From: a virus
Lineage: Duplodnaviria > Heunggongvirae > Uroviricota > Caudoviricetes
Strand: one strand, 5' to 3'
DNA: 45,246 nucleotides
IMG/VR virus record: IMGVR_UViG_2711768010_000017
In this document: positions 1 through 9,355 of the stretch, in pieces
Position numbering within the stretch: the first letter of the stretch is position 1
How the letters are laid out: every line of letters starts with the position of its first letter
The notes under the pieces: generated by a model
What the model was told of the DNA's origin: nothing
Databases searched by the model: none
Seen by the model: the letters and a program-made list of their open reading frames with translations, nothing else
Translations under genes and position numbers: made by a program

Positions 1-165
1 AAGAAATAGGGCTTCCACCTGGGAAGCCCTTTCTTTTTATAGTTCGGCTGTATGTAGGGTACAGCACGATGAATCTGTTAGAGGCGCAATAGTGACAGAT
101 TTGATTATCAATTCCTATTTTGTTCTAAGGATAAAACCTTAGGTTGTGATCATCCGCACAATCCC

Positions 166-408
166 TTAGTAACGCCAGCGGTCATAACGCTGATATTTCG
201 GCACTTTTGGTGCTTTAATCGCCTTAATAACCCACACCACCGCAATCGCCAGTAGTAACCACGGCAGCAACTTAATCATCAATGCCAGCATACCGCCGAG
301 GAACATAATGGCCGTCGCCACAACCAGCGCGGCGATAATGCCCAGCAACGAAACGCCGGTGACCATCAGCATGACAAAAAAGCCAATCACAAAAAGTAGT
401 TCCAGCAT
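166..408 (-). CDS. pspG: Phage shock protein G (small hydrophobic inner-membrane protein); the track ORF 166..618 is an upstream over-extension
   Basis: 80-aa very hydrophobic product MLELLFVIGFFVMLMVTGVSLLGII...KYQRYDRWRY from an internal ATG with GGGAGAG RBS; lies immediately downstream of dusA as in E. coli. Confidence 0.7.
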   Translation of the reverse strand: MLELLFVIGFFVMLMVTGVSLLGIIAALVVATAIMFLGGMLALMIKLLPWLLLAIAVVWVIKAIKAPKVPKYQRYDRWRY

Positions 409-443
409 GATGCTCTCCCAAATATGAAATCTCTTGCTGGCAT

Positions 444-459
444 TACAAGAATCATGCCA
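444..459 (-). promoter_or_regulatory. Candidate sigma54-type promoter for pspG (TGGCAT-N5-TTGTA on minus strand)
   Basis: Minus-strand TGGCAT gattc TTGTA about 35-50 bp upstream of the pspG ATG; one mismatch to the -12 consensus; psp genes are known to be sigma54 dependent. Confidence 0.2.
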
Positions 460-541
460 AAAATAATCTATTGATTTAACAGCAAAACGCCCCGCGACGG
501 TGCGCAGGGCGTGGTGAATTTGACTACTTTTTGGTGAAAAG

Positions 542-1579
542 TTAACGCTTATCCGCCACCAGTTTGAGCGCGTGTTCCAGCACATTAATGTCTGCACCCG
601 CTTTATGGGCATTTTCACTTAAATAACGCCGCCACTGCCGCGCGCCAGGAATACCCTGGAACAAGCCCAACATATGCCGGGTAATATGGCCGAGATACGT
701 CCCCTGGCTGAGTTCACGCTCAATGTACGGATACATGGCGCGCACTACCGCCACCGGATCGGCATCGGTATCCGAGGAACCAAAGATCTCCCGGTCTACC
801 GCCGCCAGAATACCCGGATTCTGATACGCCTCGCGCCCGACCATCACGCCATCCATATGTTGCAGGTGTGCTTTGGCCTCTTCCAGCGACTTGATACCAC
901 CGTTAATCGACATTGTCAGATGCGGAAAGTCACGCTTCAGTTGATACACACGCGGATAATCGAGTGGCGGGATTTCACGGTTTTCTTTCGGGCTTAACCC
1001 CGAAAGCCAGGCTTTACGTGCGTGGATGATAAACATCTCACACTCGCCTTTGCCGGAAACGGTGTTGATGAAATCGCAGAGAAATTCATAGCTGTCCTGG
1101 TCATCGATGCCAATACGCGTTTTCACCGTCACTGGAATCGACACCACATCGCGCATCGCTTTCACGCAGTCGGCAACCAGCTGCGCATTACCCATCAGAC
1201 ACGCACCAAACATGCCGTTCTGCACCCGGTCAGACGGGCAGCCGACATTCAGGTTGATCTCATCATATCCACGCGCTTCTGCCAGCTTCGCACACTGTGC
1301 CAGCGCCGCCGGATCGCTACCGCCGAGTTGCAACGCTACCGGATGTTCTTCTTCACTGTACGCCAGGTAATCACCTTTACCGTGAATAATCGCCCCTGTG
1401 GTCACCATTTCGGTATACAGCAACGTATTGCGGGAAAGCAGACGCAAGAAATAGCGGCAATGTCTGTCCGTCCAGTCGAGCATAGGAGCAATGCTAAACC
1501 GAGAACTCCAGTAAGCGCCAGTTTTTTCAGGCATCACGCTGGTTTGATTAGTTTTCTGTGTTTCAGGATTATCGTGCAT
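542..1579 (-). CDS. dusA: tRNA-dihydrouridine synthase A
   Basis: 345-aa ORF with conserved Dus core ([26 protein letters not shown]); the prophage integrase starts 88 bp beyond its 5-prime end. Confidence 0.9.
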   Translation of the reverse strand: MHDNPETQKTNQTSVMPEKTGAYWSSRFSIAPMLDWTDRHCRYFLRLLSRNTLLYTEMVTTGAIIHGKGDYLAYSEEEHPVALQLGGSDPAALAQCAKLAEARGYDEINLNVGCPSDRVQNGMFGACLMGNAQLVADCVKAMRDVVSIPVTVKTRIGIDDQDSYEFLCDFINTVSGKGECEMFIIHARKAWLSGLSPKENREIPPLDYPRVYQLKRDFPHLTMSINGGIKSLEEAKAHLQHMDGVMVGREAYQNPGILAAVDREIFGSSDTDADPVAVVRAMYPYIERELSQGTYLGHITRHMLGLFQGIPGARQWRRYLSENAHKAGADINVLEHALKLVADKR

Positions 1580-1612
1580 TTTTGAACATTTCAGGCTATT
1601 TTTCTCGCGTTA

Positions 1613-1647
1613 GGTTCCCGCACAGGTTCCCACGCTTTATGGGAACC
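1613..1647. repeat. GGTTCCC direct repeats plus inverted copy (hairpin) in the dusA-int junction; candidate att/arm-type or promoter element
   Basis: ggttccc at 1613-1619 and 1625-1631, gggaacc at 1641-1647 forming a 7-bp stem with 9-nt loop. Confidence 0.3.
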
Positions 1648-1667
1648 CGAAATAACGAGGTCGTGTA

Positions 1668-2765
1668 ATGGCGTACTATAACATAGAGAAACGACTAAAA
1701 TCCGATGGCACACCACGCTATCGCTGTAATGTGATTATCAAAGAAAAAGGTGTTATCACTTACAGGGAAAGCAAAACATTCCCTAAACATGCTCATGCCA
1801 AAACATGGGGCGCACAGAAAGTGATGGAATTAGATCTATATGGCATTCCATCATCAAATGCTGTTGACGGACTTACAGTCCGTGACTTACTACACAAATA
1901 TTTAAATGACCCAAATGCCGGAGGTAAAGCAGGCCGTACTAAAAGATATGTGCTGGAACTGCTTATGGATAGTGACATCTCCGCGATCAAACTATCTGAA
2001 CTGACAGAAAATGACGTAATTGAACATTGCAGGCTAAGAAACAACGCTGGTGCAGGCCCAGCAACAGTCAGCCACGATGTTAGTTATCTTGGCAGTGTTC
2101 TGGATGCGGCAAAACCTGTATACGGAATCAATTACACATCAAACCCGGCGAAAAGCGCTCGTCCATATCTACTTAAACTCGGTTTGATTGGTAAATCAAA
2201 CCGTCGTAATCGTAGACCAGCATCTGATGAACTGAACATGCTCATTGAAGGCCTTCAACAACGATCTACTCATAAATGCTCAAAAATTCCGTTCGTTGAT
2301 ATCCTCAAATTTTCTGTGTGGTCCTGTATGCGAATCGGAGAAGTATGCCGGTTACGATGGGAAGATCTCGACCAGGAACAAAAATCTATACTAGTAAGAG
2401 ACAGGAAAGATCCACGTAAAAAGGAAGGCAACCATATGAAAGTTGCCTTGCTTGGGGAAGCCTGGGATATCGTCCAGCGACAACCCAAAAAATCAGAATT
2501 CATTTTTCCATATAACAGCACTTCTGTTACCGCAGGATTTCAGAGGGTAAGAAGCAAATTAGGTATTAAAGATCTGAGATACCATGATTTGCGTAGAGAA
2601 GGGGCAAGTCGCTTATTTGAGGCTGGTTTTAGTATTGAGGAAGTCGCTCAGGTTACAGGGCATCGTTCATTAAACGTGCTATGGCAGGTATATACCGAAC
2701 TGTATCCGAAATCTTTACATAATCGTTTTGAAGAACTCCAAAGGAGCAGAAATAAGACCTCTTGA
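1668..2765 (+). CDS. int: Tyrosine integrase of the dusA-targeting family
   Basis: 365-aa ORF with ATG preceded by GAGG RBS; C-terminal catalytic region HDLRREGASRLFEAGFSIEEVAQVTGHRSLNVLWQVY with R/H/R/Y-type signature; sits next to dusA 5-prime end. Confidence 0.85.
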   Translation: MAYYNIEKRLKSDGTPRYRCNVIIKEKGVITYRESKTFPKHAHAKTWGAQKVMELDLYGIPSSNAVDGLTVRDLLHKYLNDPNAGGKAGRTKRYVLELLMDSDISAIKLSELTENDVIEHCRLRNNAGAGPATVSHDVSYLGSVLDAAKPVYGINYTSNPAKSARPYLLKLGLIGKSNRRNRRPASDELNMLIEGLQQRSTHKCSKIPFVDILKFSVWSCMRIGEVCRLRWEDLDQEQKSILVRDRKDPRKKEGNHMKVALLGEAWDIVQRQPKKSEFIFPYNSTSVTAGFQRVRSKLGIKDLRYHDLRREGASRLFEAGFSIEEVAQVTGHRSLNVLWQVYTELYPKSLHNRFEELQRSRNKTS

Positions 2766-2767
2766 CA

Positions 2768-2783
2768 CTGTTTATCCATACAG
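2768..2783. promoter_or_regulatory. LexA (SOS) box 1: CTGT-N8-ACAG
   Basis: CTGTTTATCCATACAG directly after a TTGACA -35 hexamer (2762-2767), upstream of the dinI-like gene. Confidence 0.65.
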
Positions 2784-2795
2784 TTAAAAATAATA

Positions 2796-2811
2796 CTGTA
2801 TACAAATACAG
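2796..2811. promoter_or_regulatory. LexA (SOS) box 2: CTGT-N8-ACAG
   Basis: CTGTATACAAATACAG, 15 bp upstream of the dinI-like ATG at 2826; close to the E. coli LexA box consensus. Confidence 0.7.
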
Positions 2812-2825
2812 TGTAGGGGACTTTT

Positions 2826-3074
2826 ATGCGTATTGAAATCTGCATAGCCAAAGAAAAAATGACTAAAATGCCAACCGGTGCTGTGGATGCGTTAAAGGAA
2901 GAATTAACCCGACGCATCAGTAAACGTTATGACGATGTAGAAGTGATCGTAAAAGCCACCAGCAACGATGGCCTTTCTGTTACGCGCACCGCTGATAAAG
3001 ATTCAGCTAAAACTTTTGTTCAGGAGACTCTGAAAGATACCTGGGAGTCTGCTGACGAGTGGTTTGTTCATTAA
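2826..3074 (+). CDS. DinI-like SOS-response protein (prophage copy)
   Basis: 82-aa product [11 protein letters not shown]...[11 protein letters not shown] resembles E. coli DinI in length and conserved C-terminal TWESADxWF motif; preceded by tandem LexA boxes. Confidence 0.85.
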   Translation: MRIEICIAKEKMTKMPTGAVDALKEELTRRISKRYDDVEVIVKATSNDGLSVTRTADKDSAKTFVQETLKDTWESADEWFVH

Positions 3075-3105
3075 GTTCATCATCTCTGGACACCATTCAC
3101 TTGTA

Positions 3106-3135
3106 TTGACTTTAAGATCATTAAATTGTAATAAT
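3106..3135 (+). promoter_or_regulatory. Candidate sigma70 promoter for the membrane-protein/RT operon
   Basis: TTGACT (3106-3111), 18-bp spacer, AATAAT (3130-3135); predicted start near 3142. Confidence 0.35.
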
Positions 3136-3141
3136 TCAAAG

Positions 3142-3280
3142 GGATGGGGCAGGTTTTTCCTCTTGCGCATGCAAGGGCGGCTCTGATAATGAACAGTAAT
3201 ATTTTACTGTTGAGCTTATGCTCACTGATCCTGCCGGGCAGGATGTTCAACGGTTCCAATATATCCTGCCCCTTCCGCTT
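3142..3280 (+). ncRNA. Structured 5-prime leader or candidate RT-associated ncRNA (several stem-loops)
   Basis: GGGGCAGG (3145-3152) complementary to CCTGCCCC (3265-3272); local hairpins cttgc-gcat-gcaag (3162-3175), aacagtaa-tatt-ttactgtt (3192-3211), and perfect palindrome atcctgcc-g-ggcaggat (3228-3244). Confidence 0.25.
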
Positions 3281-3296
3281 TTAAAAAGGATCTTTT

Positions 3297-3848
3297 ATGC
3301 ATGACAATATTTGGTTTACATATAAAGCACGTATCCAAGCGCACCATCGACTAGAATGGCTTGAAAAACACTCTCAATTTATCCTCGTTTGGTATGCTAT
3401 ATTGAGTGCGGTACTTTCAATTGTAACGTTGCGATTTCCAAAGGTTCTAGGAGATAATACAGATGTCGTTGCGGCGATACTTTCAGTGGCTCTACTGGGT
3501 ATTTCTCTGATCGTATCTAACCTAGATTTTCGTGGTCGAGCAATAGCCATGAGAAGGAATTATATTGCACTACAGCGACTCTATTTTGACATTACCACCA
3601 GTCAACAGTTATCTCTTGAACAGAAAGAAAAATATTTTAATTTGCTCAATGAGGTTGAGAATCACCGTGACATAGATGATAAAATTTCAAGGGTAACTCA
3701 AGTTGGACTTAAGACGAGGATCCCCACACAAAAAGAAAAAATAATTGTTATTTTATGGATATTACTTCGAATATTTATTACTGCCGCACTTTATATACTC
3801 CCATTAATATATCTTTGGATTGACTATGACTGCAAGCAGAATTTTTAA
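3297..3848 (+). CDS. Membrane protein with three predicted TM helices; candidate effector partner of the downstream RT
   Basis: 183-aa ORF with AAGGA RBS; hydrophobic segments FILVWYAILSAVLSIVTL, VVAAILSVALLGISLIVSNL and C-terminal IIVILWILLRIFITAALYILPLIYLWI; AT-rich; overlaps RT start by 23 nt. Confidence 0.7.
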   Translation: MHDNIWFTYKARIQAHHRLEWLEKHSQFILVWYAILSAVLSIVTLRFPKVLGDNTDVVAAILSVALLGISLIVSNLDFRGRAIAMRRNYIALQRLYFDITTSQQLSLEQKEKYFNLLNEVENHRDIDDKISRVTQVGLKTRIPTQKEKIIVILWILLRIFITAALYILPLIYLWIDYDCKQNF

Positions 3849-5196
3849 AAAGTCATTCTCGAAAAAAAATCTTCTAAAAGTATACTCTGAAAAAATCAAA
3901 GAATCAGGAGCGATTGGCATAGATCGGATTCGCCCATCAAAACTTGATTTGACAATAAAAAATGAGATCACTTTCATTTTTGAAAAGGTTAATTCTGGCA
4001 ATTACAAATTTACAGCATATAAAGAAAAATTAATATCTAAAGGCGCTAACTCTACACCCAGACAGATTTCCATACCAACTGCTAGGGACAGAATTACTCT
4101 TAGAGCTCTCTGTGAATGCCTTACGGAAATATATCCTAAGTCCAGATTAAAACTACCACATACAGTAATTGACTCATTGAAAGAAGCATTAAACAACAGT
4201 CTATATGCTGAATATGCAAAAATAGATCTTAAAAGTTTCTATCCTTCAATTGAACATAAATTGATAATTAATGCAATAAAAAATAAAATTAGAAAAAAAG
4301 AAATTAGACAGTTAATAACATCATCATTAATCGTGCCTACTGTAAGTGGAACCACAGGAAGCAAAGGTATCCCTAATAATACCAGAGGAGTACCTCAGGG
4401 ATTAGCGATATCAAACATTTTAGCTGAAATATCACTATCTAATTTCGATGATGAAATCAATAAAATGCATGACATATGGTACATGCGATACGTTGATGAC
4501 ATTCTTATTTTAACACCAAAATATCAAGCAACAAAAATAGCTTCTCATATCATTGATAAGCTTCAATCATTAAATTTAAACCCACATCCATTAAATGAAG
4601 AGAACTCAAAATCCAAAGTAGGCAGCTTGGATGAAAGTTTCAACTTTTTGGGCTACCACATAAAAAATCGAGAATTATTGATAAAACATGAGAGCATTCT
4701 TAGATTTGAGTCATCCTTAGCAAAAATTTTTACTGCATATAGACACGCTCTACTACAAGCTAAAAATAAGCGCGATAAAGAACGAGCTGTTGCATATTGT
4801 CAGTGGAAACTAAATCTTAGAATTACGGGATGTGTGTTTGAAGGTAAACGATTGGGATGGGTATCGTACTTCTCACAAATAACGTCAACAGCTCAACTTC
4901 GAGCTGTTAATCATACGATCAATAATCTTATCCGCCGATTCGGCCTTTCATCAGAAATAAAACCAAAGTCTTTGATTAAAACTTTCTATGAACTCCGCAG
5001 GGGTAGAGCGGAGACTTTTAAATACATACCTAACTTTGACAATCTACATATATCTCAGAAACGAGAAATTGTTTCTATGTGGATAGGGAAAGAGAATGAA
5101 AAAAAACTTAGCAATAGTGAAATAGAGAGAAAATTTAAATTTAAAATTGCGAAATCAGTAAAAGAGCTTGAAGAGGACATTTCAGGGATATCATAG
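3826..5196 (+). CDS. Reverse transcriptase (defence-associated type, retron-like or UG/Abi-like; family unassigned)
   Basis: RT motifs in order: GIDRIR, RQISIPTARDRITLRAL, KIDLKSFYPSIEH, GVPQGLAISNILAEI, YMRYVDDILIL (YxDD), FNFLGYHI; about 200-aa C-terminal extension; first ATG at 3826 (track start 3820 is TTG). Confidence 0.85.
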   Translation: MTASRIFKKSFSKKNLLKVYSEKIKESGAIGIDRIRPSKLDLTIKNEITFIFEKVNSGNYKFTAYKEKLISKGANSTPRQISIPTARDRITLRALCECLTEIYPKSRLKLPHTVIDSLKEALNNSLYAEYAKIDLKSFYPSIEHKLIINAIKNKIRKKEIRQLITSSLIVPTVSGTTGSKGIPNNTRGVPQGLAISNILAEISLSNFDDEINKMHDIWYMRYVDDILILTPKYQATKIASHIIDKLQSLNLNPHPLNEENSKSKVGSLDESFNFLGYHIKNRELLIKHESILRFESSLAKIFTAYRHALLQAKNKRDKERAVAYCQWKLNLRITGCVFEGKRLGWVSYFSQITSTAQLRAVNHTINNLIRRFGLSSEIKPKSLIKTFYELRRGRAETFKYIPNFDNLHISQKREIVSMWIGKENEKKLSNSEIERKFKFKIAKSVKELEEDISGIS

Positions 5197-5260
5197 ATAT
5201 GTAATCCATTAAATCCTTTATATATAAAGCAATAAACACACTATTTAAATTCACAAATCA

Positions 5261-5294
5261 GCCGCAGTATCCTGCCATGACAAGTTGCTGCGGC
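5261..5294. terminator. GC-rich hairpin between RT stop and tfa stop (convergent terminator candidate)
   Basis: gccgcag (5261-5267) pairs with ctgcggc (5288-5294); loop contains TATCCTGCC. Confidence 0.3.
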
Positions 5295-5308
5295 ATATCA
5301 CAAAACGA

Positions 5309-5893
5309 TTACTCCATAACAGGGACCGCAGGCCACTCAATATCAGGTGCAGTTGATGTATCAACACGGTTCAGCAATACCCGATACTTTTTCCATGCTT
5401 CCAGCAACGAGATTTCTTCCTCCGTTGCAATTTCCAGATCTGCAGCATCCTGAAGCGGCGCAATATGCTCACTGGCTACCTGCATCAGGTTGTTTTTTGT
5501 TTCTTCCGCCTCCCGGATCCGGAACAGTTTTTCTGCTTCCGTATCCTTCACCCAGGCTGTGCCGTTCCACTTCTGAAACTCCCCTTCCGGGGATAACCAG
5601 GTAACATTTTCCGGTAACGGACCGAGTTCAGAAATAAATAACGCGTCCCCTGACGCTACGTCATAAACCGTTTTACCCCGATGGTCTTCAACGAGATGCC
5701 ACGATGCCTCATCACTGTTGAAAACAGCCACAAAGCCAGCCGGAATATCTGGCGGTGCAATATAGGTACTGTTTGCTGGCAGACCTGTATGAGGCGGAAT
5801 ATATGCGTCACCTTCACCAATAAATTCATTAGTTCCGGTCAGCAGATTATAAATTTTTATGGTCCGTGGTTGTTCACTCATTCTGAATGCCAT
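5309..5893 (-). CDS. tfa: Tail fiber assembly protein
   Basis: 194-aa product with Tfa-like N-terminus [24 protein letters not shown]; immediately downstream of the side tail fiber gene. Confidence 0.85.
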   Translation of the reverse strand: MAFRMSEQPRTIKIYNLLTGTNEFIGEGDAYIPPHTGLPANSTYIAPPDIPAGFVAVFNSDEASWHLVEDHRGKTVYDVASGDALFISELGPLPENVTWLSPEGEFQKWNGTAWVKDTEAEKLFRIREAEETKNNLMQVASEHIAPLQDAADLEIATEEEISLLEAWKKYRVLLNRVDTSTAPDIEWPAVPVME

Positions 5894-8800
5894 TATGCAA
5901 GCCTCACAATATAGTTAAATGCGATGTTTTTGACGGTGTTTTCCGCGTTACCCGCAGCGTTAACGGTGATGGTATGTCCATGTGAACCAATCGCAACGGA
6001 GTGCGTATGAGCACCAATACCGACAGTATGCGCGTGTGCACCTGCAGATGCTGCTGTGCCGGACAGTGAGTGGCTATGATTACCATCTGTACTGGTATTC
6101 GCTAACCACCCCGTAGACATACCTACTGAGCCTTGTACACCCCAGGTATTTTGACCTGAGCTTGTATAACCATATTGATAAGTATCTTTAAAAACACTGG
6201 GGTTAAATCGACGGCCATCTCTATGGCTGTGATTACCAGCTGCATTCGTGCTGCCACTTAAACTATGGGTATGCGCACCAGTGTTATTCGTGGATTTAGT
6301 GCCGTAATCAAACGACGATGTGGTTTTCGTCCCCAAATCCGTACTGGATGCGCTGGCGCTGTGGGTATGCGATTTAATGCCGTCCTGTTCCTGAGACAAT
6401 ACGGCCCGACCACTGGCAGGTTTGCCCTTAATCGTCCAGCCACGCATATCAGGGATCACACCTGACGGATAAACGGCTGCAAGTTTCGGGTAAGCAGATT
6501 TGTCAAAAGTCTGTCCCTGCATCAGGGCATAACCAGACGGAACGGTATCTGATGGCCACGGGATTGGTGCACCGACTGGGTAGCTTTCTGGTGGAAGATT
6601 TTTCGAGGTATAAACTTCTGCCCAGTCTTCCTCAAAACCATAACCGTCTCTTGAAGAACGGTAGAACAGACCACCATTTCTGTAATGCGCCTTCATCTGC
6701 AAGGTCCGGCAACTTCCGACTCCGGTATAGAAGTTAACCAGAATATAGCTGTTGCCAGAGCGGGTGACATTGTAAGCGCCTGATTCGGCATTCCATGGAA
6801 CGCCACCATCCGCATCGGCATATGTATCCGTTGCCCTTCTGGCAAAAGCAGCCACATGCGCGGCGGTTAAAGTAATATCTTTGGAACCATCAAACTCAAC
6901 ACCAGAAACCAGTCTTGGCGTTTGCAGCTTTGTTGCTGTCAATGCGTTACCGTTCAGACTTGCAGACAGTTTGGTTCCAATAACCAGTTCGCCGGTTGCG
7001 TTATCAATAACAAACGGTCTTAATGTATTCCAGCCACCATAAACATCACCTTGATTGGTAAGCAGCAGGTAAGTTTTAGCGCCATCATTACGCCATAATG
7101 CACCATACTCCCCACCTATCATTCGAATCTGATTACCACCACGCGCTACAATTTCGTCTGTGGCAAAAAGTTTTTTGCACGACAAGTTATCGTTAACGAT
7201 TAACGAATGAGACTCATAAAAACCACGCCCACTCTTAAAATCAAGGATAACGTCCGCCGCGATACATTCAGTCGCCGGATTTGTTGCCCCAAACTTATAG
7301 GTCGTATCATTAACAACGAGATCAGCACCAGGTGCGGATATTGACAGGCCATCTTCGAGAAACGCAAAAACAGGGAAAGCAGCGCCATCAACATAGAACA
7401 CAGAGCGCAAATCATCGCCCTTATTACTCATCATTATTGAGTGGATGGCTCGTTCATTGTTTTGATATTGCCAGAACATTCCATAAGCATAACGCCCCCT
7501 GTCAGTCCAGCCACCAGGCATAACAAATCCGTTAAACTCGCAGTTATTCATCGGATCGCCTGCGATTCGCGTTGCCGTGGTGATAATGACCCTTGATGCC
7601 AGTTCGCTTACTGAGCCAGCAGAACGCATAACAACAACAGGGTAATATTTTCCAGATGTTGCACCTGCAGGAGCGTTAACCCGCACATAACGCATACCAC
7701 GCTTATCAGCAAAGTCTGTTTTACTGACCGCGTTAATGTTGTTCAGGAAGCGTCCCTTATCGGGTATATCAGCGCCGTTCTGGTCTTTCTGCAGACGTTT
7801 CTCAGCATTGTCATTGGCTGCTTTTACTGCCTTTGGCGTTGCCGCCAGCGTTTCAGACGTGCTATTAGTCGCACTACTGAGCTGTACTATCCCCTTTTTC
7901 GTCGTGCTCGCATCCTCAAGCGCCACGGCGGATGCAATATCCTCTGCACGTTTTGCCGCTGTCTCGGCGCGCGTTGCCGCGGATTCCGCCGTACTTTTGC
8001 TCTGTGCTGCCGCCGTCGCACTGCCAGCAGCCTCTGTCGCCTTCGTGGATGCTGTCGTGGCGCTGCCCTTCGCTGCGGACGCTTGTCTGGTCGCCTCATC
8101 TTTTGAAGCAGACGCCGATGATGCCGATGACGCCGCCGAACTGGCGGACGATGCGGCAGCCGTTTTTGAGGATTCTGCGCTGGTCTCCGACGCTTTCGCG
8201 TTCGTCTCCGATGTCTTCGCTGCGGAAGCAGACCTCGCTGCTGCACTGGCCTGTTCAGTGGCTTCGCCAGCCTTCGTTGTGGCTGTTGAAGCGGACGATG
8301 CGGCGCTTTCTGCCGATTTTCCGGCGGCGCTAGCACTGGCTGAGGCCTGCCCGGCACTTGTTGACGCTGCACTGGCAGACGACGCAGCCGCTGTTTTTGA
8401 GCCTGCTGCTGCGGAGGCACTCTGTGCTGCTGCCGTTTCAGAGGACTTAGCGTTTGTCTCAGACGTCTTTGCCGCCTTCGCGGAATTTCCTGCCGCCGTT
8501 GCCGAGGAAGCGGCATTACTGGCGCTCGAAGCTGCGCTCGTTTCTGATAATTTTGCCGCCTCTTTTGAAGCCGACGCATCTCTGGCTGAGGTGGCTGCTT
8601 CTGACGCTTTCGTGGTCGCGGTGGATGCAGAAGTGGCAGCTGATTGTTGTGACGCTGCCGCATTCGTTTCTGACGTTTTCGCCGCACCGGCACTGGTGGC
8701 CGCCGCGCTTTTTGAGGACTCTGCAGCGGCAGCACTTTTTGATGCTTCAGTGGCCTTTGCTGATGCCGTTCCTGCGCTGGAAGACGCAGACTGAGCCGAC

Positions 8801-9291
8801 GAAGCGGCCTGTCCGGCTGACGTGCTGGCTGCTCGTGCTGAGCCTGCAGCATCAGTCGCACGGGTTGCCGCCTCACGGGCTGATGTGCTGGCATCGCTGG
8901 CTGATTTCTTCGCGGCTGCCGTGTTCTGTGCCACCGCGGACGCGTTACGCGCCACCTCTTCCACCATCAGTTCAAAGCGGCGCAGTGCCTCAGGACGGGC
9001 ATCATCCTCCGTCATGGCACCGAGAAAATCATTCAGCGTACCGGGTCGGGAATCTTCATACACGGTGATGGTCCCGGCATGTGACGGCGGGAATCCTTCC
9101 ACCAACAGAATAACGCTGTACTGACCGTACTCAACGTCCATGCTGTAACGCCCGGCTTCATCCGGATTTTCTGAGGCCAGCGTGTTCACCACCACCGTGG
9201 TGCTGTTACGTTTTGCTTTCAGCTGGATTGTGCAGTTCTGTACCGGTTTTCCTGTGCCGTCTTTCAGTACACCTGAAATCTTTACTGCCAT
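5893..9291 (-). CDS. stf: Side tail fiber protein with long Ala/Ser/Thr-rich repeat region and His-rich C-terminus
   Basis: N-terminus [26 protein letters not shown] as in lambda Stf (first ATG at 9291; track start 9297 is GTG); HxH repeats GAHTHS/GNHSHS near C-terminus. Confidence 0.9.
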   Translation of the reverse strand: MAVKISGVLKDGTGKPVQNCTIQLKAKRNSTTVVVNTLASENPDEAGRYSMDVEYGQYSVILLVEGFPPSHAGTITVYEDSRPGTLNDFLGAMTEDDARPEALRRFELMVEEVARNASAVAQNTAAAKKSASDASTSAREAATRATDAAGSARAASTSAGQAASSAQSASSSAGTASAKATEASKSAAAAESSKSAAATSAGAAKTSETNAAASQQSAATSASTATTKASEAATSARDASASKEAAKLSETSAASSASNAASSATAAGNSAKAAKTSETNAKSSETAAAQSASAAAGSKTAAASSASAASTSAGQASASASAAGKSAESAASSASTATTKAGEATEQASAAARSASAAKTSETNAKASETSAESSKTAAASSASSAASSASSASASKDEATRQASAAKGSATTASTKATEAAGSATAAAQSKSTAESAATRAETAAKRAEDIASAVALEDASTTKKGIVQLSSATNSTSETLAATPKAVKAANDNAEKRLQKDQNGADIPDKGRFLNNINAVSKTDFADKRGMRYVRVNAPAGATSGKYYPVVVMRSAGSVSELASRVIITTATRIAGDPMNNCEFNGFVMPGGWTDRGRYAYGMFWQYQNNERAIHSIMMSNKGDDLRSVFYVDGAAFPVFAFLEDGLSISAPGADLVVNDTTYKFGATNPATECIAADVILDFKSGRGFYESHSLIVNDNLSCKKLFATDEIVARGGNQIRMIGGEYGALWRNDGAKTYLLLTNQGDVYGGWNTLRPFVIDNATGELVIGTKLSASLNGNALTATKLQTPRLVSGVEFDGSKDITLTAAHVAAFARRATDTYADADGGVPWNAESGAYNVTRSGNSYILVNFYTGVGSCRTLQMKAHYRNGGLFYRSSRDGYGFEEDWAEVYTSKNLPPESYPVGAPIPWPSDTVPSGYALMQGQTFDKSAYPKLAAVYPSGVIPDMRGWTIKGKPASGRAVLSQEQDGIKSHTHSASASSTDLGTKTTSSFDYGTKSTNNTGAHTHSLSGSTNAAGNHSHRDGRRFNPSVFKDTYQYGYTSSGQNTWGVQGSVGMSTGWLANTSTDGNHSHSLSGTAASAGAHAHTVGIGAHTHSVAIGSHGHTITVNAAGNAENTVKNIAFNYIVRLA

Positions 9292-9302
9292 ATTCACCCC
9301 AC

Positions 9303-9329
9303 AAAAAAGCCCGCCTGAACCGGCGGGCT
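9303..9329 (-). terminator. Rho-independent terminator downstream of lom
   Basis: 8-bp GC-rich stem agcccgcc/ggcgggct with 6-nt loop, followed on the minus strand by a run of six T. Confidence 0.6.
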
Positions 9330-9355
9330 GTCATAACACTGTGTTACCTGGCTAA

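Noticed and set aside
166-618. 150-aa track ORF extending pspG upstream into the dusA 3-prime end
   Set aside because: Only the C-terminal 80 aa match PspG and have an RBS; the extension overlaps dusA.
7736-9124. Long ORFs on both strands inside the side tail fiber repeat region (7736-8794 plus, 7887-8894 minus, 7932-8333, 8454-9068, 8822-9124)
   Set aside because: They overlap the stf coding sequence in a GC-rich low-complexity repeat; products are Ala- or Arg/Pro/Gln-rich homopolymer-like strings typical of off-frame or antisense artefacts.
3826-9291. Diversity-generating retroelement (RT diversifying the adjacent tail fiber)
   Set aside because: RT motif 4 reads GVPQGLAISN (QG type, not the DGR-type SQ signature as I recall it); the RT sits in a separate AT-rich operon with a membrane protein, and I did not see a template/variable repeat pair matching the stf 3-prime end. 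Not formally excluded without a repeat search.
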